A DNA stretch of 64,000 nt from the NCBI GenBank assembly GCA_964035545.1, contig OZ037766.1, positions 2,170,001 to 2,234,000 of the forward strand, in the 5' to 3' direction. Both the position numbers and the translations under genes were made by a program. Under the pieces are notes generated by a model. It did no database searches, was not told the origin of the DNA, and worked only from the letters and a program-made list of their open reading frames with translations. The DNA is from Bugula neritina (taxonomy: Eukaryota > Animalia > Bryozoa). This document shows, piece after piece, positions 55,113-64,000 of this stretch (positions are counted from its first letter, which is position 1; each line of letters begins with the position of its first letter).

Positions 55113-56528
55113 CCTCAAAGCCGATGGTGGTGTCGGTTTGTGAATTGAAAGATACCTGCAAAGAACAACAAATCGGATCGCTGTACTTTTTTTTAGTAGT
55201 ATTTGAATATTGTGATGCAGACACGCTGGTGCTATAACGTTTTAACGTTATTAACCATAGTAGTAACTTTTCTGTAAACCACAGGCGTTGAAACCTGAGT
55301 TTTTATCGAACTAGAAGAATAATATTTCAATCACAAAACTTACCGTTTCTTCATAAAGTGAAATGAATCTAAAGATCTCACGCTATCCTGTTTACCATTG
55401 GGAACTAGTAAACTTACCGTTTCAGCTCGAGTTATTTTACCAAGAGTAGAATGATTTAAATTATAAGCATTATGATTATGTAATGTATTGGTTACGTTAA
55501 CAATGGTCACGAAGACGGATTGTAACACGATCATATAATTATGCGTCATTTTGCATAGCTTTACACTATTATTATTAAAACTCGTAAATTAAAATGTTGA
55601 TTTCATTTGTATTACATTTTTATTTTAAGTTTTATTTAGTTTTACGATTACTATTTGATTTTCGTTTTGATGTTGTAAAATCGTAGTTATTAAAAAGGCT
55701 AATACTAAATGTTTTACTAATACAAAAATGAAAACTGAAAACCAAAAATTAGCTCAAGCAGAAACTCAAACTGTAGGTGTAAGTTTAACCAATAATCACA
55801 TTCACTAATCACTATGAGTAATCACCAACTCATTAAGTCTAATCAGTAAAGACTAAAAATTAGACACTGATAAATTTTTGATTACCATTATGATTATTAT
55901 GATGATAAATCATAAAATTAAAACTAAATGTAAATGACTAAACCATAAATGACTATGAGTAAAACTAAGTCTAATCTTAATAGGCAATCATTACAATTAC
56001 AGTCGCACTCACGTAAACTAAAAGTGAAACAGTCATATATTATTATTAGTATTATATCCATTAACAGTAACACTAACTGTTCCATGTTTATATTCATGTT
56101 GATACTAAATAATTAATATGATTTTTGTAAAGTCAGTTTAAGTGAAGTACTTGAGTACATCAGACCATTGATTTAAGCAAGTTTTAAGTACTCAAGTAAA
56201 CAACTTGAATCAGTTGAAATATAAGGTTATTAAAATTGTAATCTAGTCGCTATGTAGAACTGGCATATCAGATCAATGGTTGGCCAAGCTCAGCTCTGTA
56301 AAACCTCTGCTAAAAACTCGCACGTTGACTCGAGTTTATGTAAAATAATTAGCAAATGTTAGCACTATACTACTAACATTAGTTGAATTATTTAAATAGT
56401 TTACTAAAGTTGGTTTGTCACTATAATATATTTTAGATTTGATTGGATTGAAAACAGCATTGGAAAGTTAACTACCTTTTTGCCTGCTGGGAAGTTACTC
56501 TTTACTTCAAGGCCACACGGCTGAAAGC

Positions 56529-59425
56529 ATGACAAATGACGATGAGCTACTTGCAGCTCAACAAGAATGGGATGCTATTGCATCAGTTACTATGGCAACC
56601 AAAGATGTCTGTCAAAGTACTTCAAGTAATCAAGGTTTATACAACATAACAGATTTATATTCACACATAATGTTGTAATAAACCAGTTTAGTTTTAAAGT
56701 ATGTTTTCCTTTTTTTGTGTGTAATTGGAATTTGTAGGTGACCATTTGATGGTAGTGCCTTCTAGCCTGTTATCTAGCTCTGTAGCCTTACAGCACTTTA
56801 GAGATCATAGGAGCCTCAGTTTCTATAAGGTGAGCGTGGCTCTACAAATCAGTGACTAATCAGAACACACTTATGGTCCTCAGTCTAGCTAGCTGACTGT
56901 TGGTATAGAAATCTGAAGTTTTGTCACCTGCATATTTTGTGCCATTAAATCTGTTAAGGTTTTAATCAGCTATATGTAAACACTAGCAATGTATTAATAG
57001 GGCACTTTTTCTACATATGTATTTTTATGGTAAGAGGGTTTAATGAAACTCTATCTTTTTAGTGATATAAAAGCTACATACATGCTTTGAAGCATGCAAA
57101 AAGTTATAAATTCTATCACATTTTATGTTCTAATCTTTGTAAGATATTTTCTACACAGTTGTTGACCAGCACTCCATTTCTCAGCATTATTGATAATAAT
57201 GCCAAAATCTATCAGTGGTTAGGAATTACTCAGTCATCTTGAAATATTTATTAAAAATGTAAAGGCACATCTAATTGGTCAGCGTAAACTAAACACAAAT
57301 CAGATTATTTGTTGCATTTTTGGTGCAGAATTTTCTTTTTTCAAATCAAGTTCTTAGCCATGACAGAATTATGATTTACCTATGTACACGTAACATACTT
57401 TTATTTGTGTATAAGTGCCTTAGAAAGGTACATCTGAACATGTTACTGGAAATTACTCTATATTTGCTGTAGCACAATATTAAGCCTGCCGTCCAATACA
57501 CAGGGCTACAAAGCTGCATCCGGAAGCTATTTGGACCGCCCCAACTTCTTGCTGAGTTGGAAGTTGACAGAGACCTTATACTTTCCTTAGCTCTGTGTAA
57601 GTGTCACGAGGATTTTATAGAATGAATTATATTTTGTTTGAGATTCCTGAAAACAGCTGCAAATATTTTAATATTGATAGTTTAGCTTTGAACTGTCGAT
57701 TTTGCCAAGTAATTCAGTTTTTTGTGGTAGTTTTTTTTCTGAAACAAGCAAATGCCAAATTTTTATATAATTTCTAATCTCAATTTATGAAGATAAGCCC
57801 CCCTGGGTAATCCATTTCTCTCTCTCCTATAGGGCAGTTTGACAATGATGACTCGGTGCACACACAGATGATATGGACTATCTACAGACAGCTCACTTCC
57901 TCTGCTGCTGACCCACCCAGGTTCGGCAATCACTGGGACGACATTGGATTCCAAGGTGAGCTTTTTTATTACTTACATCAACTTTATTTTCAGCATTTTT
58001 TTAGCAATTTTTATTTAAACCTACGACTGAAAACTGTGTTTGTTAAAAGAGTTCCTTAGATTTGAAAATTTGGATTTCATTTTCTTTTTTGTGTTGAAAC
58101 TTCATCTTTATTATAATACCCAATCTGGTTCATATATTTGTACTGTTTCTATATATACAGGGACGGATCCAGCAACTGACTTGCGTGGAGGGGGTTGTGC
58201 TAGTCTTATAAACTTACTCTACCTTACAAACACCCCTAGGTTAAAGAGCCTCTCTCAGTCCATGTACACATTGTCTAGACACCCCACACAGGTGAGTTAT
58301 CTAAATCACCTGTGTTATTCTATTTACTTGTCTACGCATGATACTTTCGATTATTGTTTTTGGGTTGACGTTAATTATATGTTTCGGCATTATTTAATGC
58401 TGCCAGATTTACCTATATACTCTGCATGGTGTTTCTCGCTGCAAAGTTGCTATAAATAGATCATCTGTCTTCTGCTTACAGAACTTCCCCTTCAGTATAA
58501 TGAGTATAAATATAACTCGTATTGCATTGCATGCATTGAGAGAACAACTCCTCAACAAACTAGCAAATTCCACTGGTAATCTCATCACAGTATTCAACAA
58601 CTTTTATGTGGCCTGTTTCTTCCATTTATACTTGATATGGCGGGACGAGGGCAAGACCATCCATGATTCTGGTTATGTTATGCAAGGTTGGTGCTAAATT
58701 ATGTGATTCAGAGATTTTAGTAAGTTTCGTGAACCTAAAATGGGATAAATTTATCAATGATTGGCGATTTAATGTTTTTATAATAAATTCATTACATAAA
58801 AGTTATGTTTTATAACTCATTTGTGTGTAAGAAATCAGTATCTAGTTTTATTTGCTAAAGTTATTAATCATGCATTTTAATTAGCTTTAATATTAATATT
58901 TGAAAATCCAAGTTATTTGAGTTTGGTAAATAGTTTTTGGTGTTTTTTGTGCCGGTGGTGGGGGAGGAGAAGTTCTCCTTGCATTCCTTAAAATTCTATG
59001 GTTTCTGCCAAATCTATAGTCTGTTAAAAGGCATTCATCATTCACATTGATTTTTACTATAAAGCAGTAGGACTAGAATTTAGGCAATAGAGTACTTGCC
59101 TATTTGACATTCCTATTAGATACACTGATATTTCTGCAAAGTAGCGTGACTTTATCCATTTATATGGAAAAAATACTCAACACTTTTAGATTTACTAATT
59201 TGCAAAACTGTTTGAATTTGCTTACAAATTGTTAACATCACACATCTGCTATATCTTATATAATTATAGTATATTTACTATGTAGAGACTGAGAACTACT
59301 GCTGCAAGCATGTGTCTGTAGTCATAAAGAAATTAGAAACTTACCTACAGTCTACGCCCAGGGCTAGCGCTGAAAATGCAGAAACTGTGAATACCTTTAC
59401 TAATCTTGACGCCTTCAGCGAGTGA
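56529..59425 (+). CDS. ELMOD3: ELMO domain-containing protein 3 (ARF/ARL GAP), about 306 aa; exons 56529-56634, 56738-56829, 57473-57596, 57833-57955, 58161-58291, 58482-58686, 59286-59425
   Basis: GAP motif HWDDIGFQGTDPATDLRGGG, plus LFGPPQL, QNFPFSIMSINITRIALHALRE and the N-terminal LLAAQQEWDAI typical of ELMOD3; 921 nt in frame. Confidence 0.92.
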
Positions 59426-60607
59426 AGGTATAGCAGTAGGTGTGCTGTTATCTATATTTATTCCAGATGTTTCTATGCTGTAACCAAGCATATATTTTAT
59501 ATAACAATTGCTATTTTGTGTCACACAACCAATCAAGTTTTATCTTGTCTATGTGAATGTTTAGTTATTAATATGCATACGAGGTGTTGGAGTTAACTTC
59601 ACGCTATTTTGTGTCAGTTCTATATTTTATACTGTAGAGAAATTTTAGTCATTTCTTGATATTACAGTTTTATTTATTCGATTGATTTCATGATTTATTG
59701 TCACCATTGTCACTGTTCATCTGTATAGCAGCTGTTTAGCAAGCTAATGGTTTGCTGTAGAAATAATTTTGTCTGATAGCTAGCTGCAGTTATCCTCTCT
59801 CGTATTTATGTTGATGACTCATGTTGGAAAAAATAATTTATGCTACCAATTTTTTTCCTTTTGCCAGTTTTGTTAGGATTAGGAATTATCTGTGATATTT
59901 CATGTCAGAATTTTACTTATTTCAAATTCGTCCAATTACATGACAATATTTTTACAAGTTTGTGTTTTTAGACAATAATGTTATTTTGTGTTTTGGCAGT
60001 TCTGTCCCCTTTATTGTGTTGTATGTCTGGATGTTAAATTATATTTTACTTATTTGGATATGTTACCTTGAAGTGATCTCATTCAACGGAGAATGTATAA
60101 AACTGAATATTATAATAAAACTTACTTTTTATTGTTACTCAAGATATTATAATAATTATATTATACTCCATTTTTCACTGGGGTTACATAACATAAATAA
60201 ACTTAGATGATACTTTATGTTTAGTATTAGTATCTCAATGCACTTGGACTTCCTGCTCTTCAAATTACTTAGATATAGTAAAAGTAAATAGATTAATATT
60301 TTTGATGAGTATTGTTATTGTCTGTATATTATTGTTTTCAAAATAATGGAATTCAGTTCATTGACATGTTTGTTTTCTCATCTATATTTGTAGATTATTT
60401 TCATTAGTGGTTGCATTCAAGTGTGCAATTACACACTGTTGATAATTCATTGAAAACAAGTAAAATGGATTGGTATACTTCATCTCATCATTATGTAATA
60501 GTATAGTGTTTCTATTTACTAGTAAATATCACAATAGAATAACAATATAATATATTTCATGTGCTACAAGAGAGTTGTCACTTGTTAGGAAATTATTTTC
60601 ATCTGTT

Positions 60608-62692
60608 TTACTTGCCGCCAAAGCAGACTCTTTTTGTTCCTCCTTCCGCACTTTCACTTTTCTCTTCTATGAACACCTCGTTGACGCCTTTGCAGTCTCT
60701 TGGAGCAAAAGATGCTGTGGTAAAAAGAAATTAATGTAGAAAGTTACATCAGTATAGTTAAATGTAAGATGTTTATATGCGAAAGTGTGCATACATTAGT
60801 ACTGCAACATTTGTAAATCGTTATATATATTTTAATTATAAAATAACTACAAATATTGCCTGTACAACTTAGCAATGGCTGAGTTTACCTGTAACCTCTA
60901 GAACCTAGGCCAACTATTAACAGATTAAAACCATGTTATTGCGAATTTTAATGATTGCTTGTTTGAACATTATAAATAGCAACTGCACCATCTTGTTTGT
61001 TGTCAGTTTCTTTTGAAATAACTAAAAATTCAAAAAGTTTGATCAAGAGTGTTTTTGAACAAAATACAATTATAGTTTATATTAAGAGGTAGTTCAAAGT
61101 TACATCCACTCCTGTGAGAACCCCTAATGGTTTTAACTTCGCTTCTTACTACGCACAATATTTTCCAGGACTTTTAGCTTGCAGCATAACAGCAATGGCT
61201 GTGCCTAAGTTTGAACATAAGTCAGTTAAAGCTCTAAGTGTACTTTACTAAGAGTTATGCTGCTAATATTGCAACTATGCTACTGTTGCTATCCTATTCA
61301 ACCACACTTTGATGCAACGATGCAATAATTCGATATAAATATAATAGCAGATTTCCCTAGTTTTACGGCTTGCATTCATGAACATATTCATACATGCACC
61401 TAGTGTAATAGATCAATAAGACTAAATAAGTGTTTTCATTACAATCATGGCGGTGTTCTTACTTGTAGACAATCTGTAAGTCTTAGGGTTGTTCCAGTAG
61501 ACAAAACCATTCCTTGCTCTCCTATTGTAAGAACTTGTGAGGAAAGTTTTCCACCCATTCACAGTCATTGGTCTCTCGGAATGATAACTCCCAGGTGGAT
61601 TTCCATTAAAACACTGGTATAGATAACAGTCAAATTCTCGGGCTAAAGAAATAAAAAAAAGTAAGAACATATATATTAACTGTGCTATCTAGCTGTATTT
61701 GCTGTAATGTTGCATATTACATCTATAAACATATTACAAGATAATAAAGCTCTTTATTTTAATTTCCCAGAGTTTCAAAAATATTTTTAGTGAACTGAAC
61801 AAATATAAAAATAAGTTAAGAGTTGATTCAGCTCAAAAATATGACTGCATACTAATTTCAAAGATTTACAGATGATAGTTTCAACTTACCTGCCCCTTCA
61901 GGAAGTAAGCCAGCCTGTTCCTCAGCCTATAAGATCAAGTATTATAATTTAAATTGTCAGTGATTCTAATATATAGTATAAAAGTTGTATATTACTGGCA
62001 TGTAGCTAAATTAGATAGTTTAAAAGAACATACATTTATATTATAATATAATCTATATTGTACTGTACTGTATTAATACATTCTATACTTCACTATGTTA
62101 TATTGTATCATAACATTGTTGGCATAAAATGCACAACTATAGCTATTTTATTGGAGTTGTGTTCTTACCCGTCTTTTTATTTTGGTCCAGTGGTCACCAG
62201 TTCCAGAGAAGGTCCTGATTGGATCAGACTTGCTCCAAAATGTCATTCTAAATAAATCAGAAAAAATTATTGACATATTTATTTACTGATAAAAAGTATA
62301 ATAATATATGTGTACTTATCAGTTTAATTACGCACACTCACATGCGCACAAAAAAAACTCACACAAGTTTATATAAGTGGCTATCACTGTGGGAACCCTG
62401 ATGGAAAGGGTTTTTGTTAAAGCGGGCTAAGGACTTATTTAAATGAGGTAGAAAAGCAATTATGACTGGATGCTCTTCCTAACATCACCAATAACCCCTA
62501 GACCGGCCACAGCTGCTCCCTATACATGCACGAGGACACACATGATTATTGATTGAGACTTATATTTTAGAGTTCTACTTACGATGATCTACGAGGATGT
62601 ATGTTGCTAAAAGTACATTCGTCTATGCATGCACACGCTTTCTTCATATTGAACTTATCCTTTTCTATTGAGCTTGGAGTTATAATAATAAA
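60608..62692 (-). CDS. Orphan multi-exon gene with an uncertain 5' end; exons 62692-62583, 62247-62169, 61926-61890, 61642-61463, 60714-60608
   Basis: Five exons with strong GTAAG donors and chained phases 2,0,1,1: FIIITPSSIEKDKFNMKKACACIDECTFSNIHPRRSSMTFWSKSDPIRTFSGTGDHWTKIKRRAEEQAGLLPEGAAREFDCYLYQCFNGNPPG...FAPRDCKGVNEVFIEEKSESAEGGTKRVCFGGK*. No family recognised. Confidence 0.7.
62378..62520 (-). mobile_element. tRNA-derived SINE, degenerate copy 3 (intronic)
   Basis: Colinear with 12165-12320. Confidence 0.8.
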
Positions 62693-63359
62693 CTAAATTG
62701 ATCTTGTAAATGAATGAATTAATGCATGTATATTTGCTGTATATATAACTACATGCCATATGCTACTGCAACTACCAACTCATAACATGGAATACATTTT
62801 AAATGAATGATTGTTGAAAATAACCAAAATATTACCATTATTGCATTTTTGGAAGTTTTAACCTAAAATATTTCAGACGAATGGTATTTAGTGAAACTTA
62901 AGTAGCTAATTTTGTAAGGCTGAACTACTTTTAACCTGTCACTGACAGTAGAAGTTGCACAAGATGCAGCCGTAATGGTTTGCAAATTATATATGTCTAT
63001 AATTTGCGTGCTAGGCTGAGAAAGTGTTGTGTAGCAGAGTTGGCTACTCATGTTTACATAAAAACAAAAAGTAGACAACTCTTACTAAGGAGTCCATGTA
63101 CTTCATGACACGAGCGGTAACCAATCATGACCAGTCAACCGTGAAATGTGGTAGCGGTAAGCTGATGCGGCATACAATATTTCAGTTTCAAAGGTGTAAA
63201 CAGGTGGGAATGCTAAAGCTGTGTGCTTTTAATGATTATGAATAAATTAACGTTTCTTTGTGAATTGTTTATCTCGCTAAGATAATACAATTTTGATTAC
63301 AGCTACTATTTCTTCTATTGATTGGAAATACGTTAACCGAAAAGGAATATTATTCTTAG

Positions 63360-63453
63360 ACCAGCATATTCGGTGACAGTCTTCAAGTTCAACTTGACCA
63401 ACAGAATACTGGTACAGACCGTTGATACTGTTTTCTTTCCGGACCCGGTAAGT
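63360..63453 (+). other. Probable non-coding first exon of a plus-strand gene that continues beyond the window
   Basis: CpG-containing segment ending in a strong donor ccg|gtaagt at 63447/63448, followed by a 6-bp-periodic tract like those in other first introns here. Confidence 0.4.
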
Positions 63454-64000
63454 TTCCAGTCGTTTATCTTGAAAATGTAGACATGTAGGTTGACTCGTCT
63501 AGTGTATTACAATTTACTACAGTATCAAATCTACTTAGATAACTATTTTGATTAGCCAGGGTCTTCAACTTTAACTTTTACTTTCAGTCTGACTAGGACT
63601 ATAAGGAGTAGGTTTGGAGCTTTACAGTGATGGCTTTATTTTACAGACCGCCTTACGGCTTACAATTTCAGTTTTATGCTACTAATACTTTAAGTTTATC
63701 ACTATTATTAATAGTAATAGTGACACTCTAATACTATGACTATTACAGTATTAGTATTAGTATTACTATTGGTATCTGAAAAATTGTAACTTGAGCTTCA
63801 CATCTAGTTCTACCTCACTAAATAAAATTGCCTGCATGATGATGATTATTTTTAATTTTCTTCTAAAAAGGTGCTAGTTTACTTGTGTAAATATTAATTA
63901 TACCGGTGATGCAATTTTTATTCCTAATTAAATTCCCTGTATGAATTGACATTTTTATTCAAAACATATTATCTACTGTAAATTATAATTATGGTCTCCA

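Overview
This is AT-rich, intron-containing eukaryotic DNA from a compact animal genome, probably an invertebrate (inference). The ORF track therefore captures only exon fragments and repeat artefacts. I assembled genes by hand from GT-AG junctions with consistent reading phase. In order: sphingosine kinase (+); an un-tracked 150-aa secreted protein with two C-C-CC-C-C domains (+); a ~604-aa secreted protein with a TGF-beta-like prodomain but no detectable mature ligand (-); EMG1/NEP1 (-); CCT7 (-); a C8orf74-like gene (+); RPL26 (-); a CABCOCO1-like gene (-); MRPS18C (-); ELMOD3 (+); and an orphan multi-exon gene (-). There are also three copies of a tRNA-derived SINE, several micro- and minisatellites, and perfect hairpins. 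The most unusual pattern is a non-homogeneous, 6-bp-periodic tract (A[C/G][T/A] about every 6 nt). It recurs in a 5' intron about 0.15-1 kb downstream of nearly every housekeeping or ciliary promoter, flanks both conserved divergent promoters, and is not seen at the two secreted-protein genes. Family assignments come from recognising motifs by memory; no searches were run.
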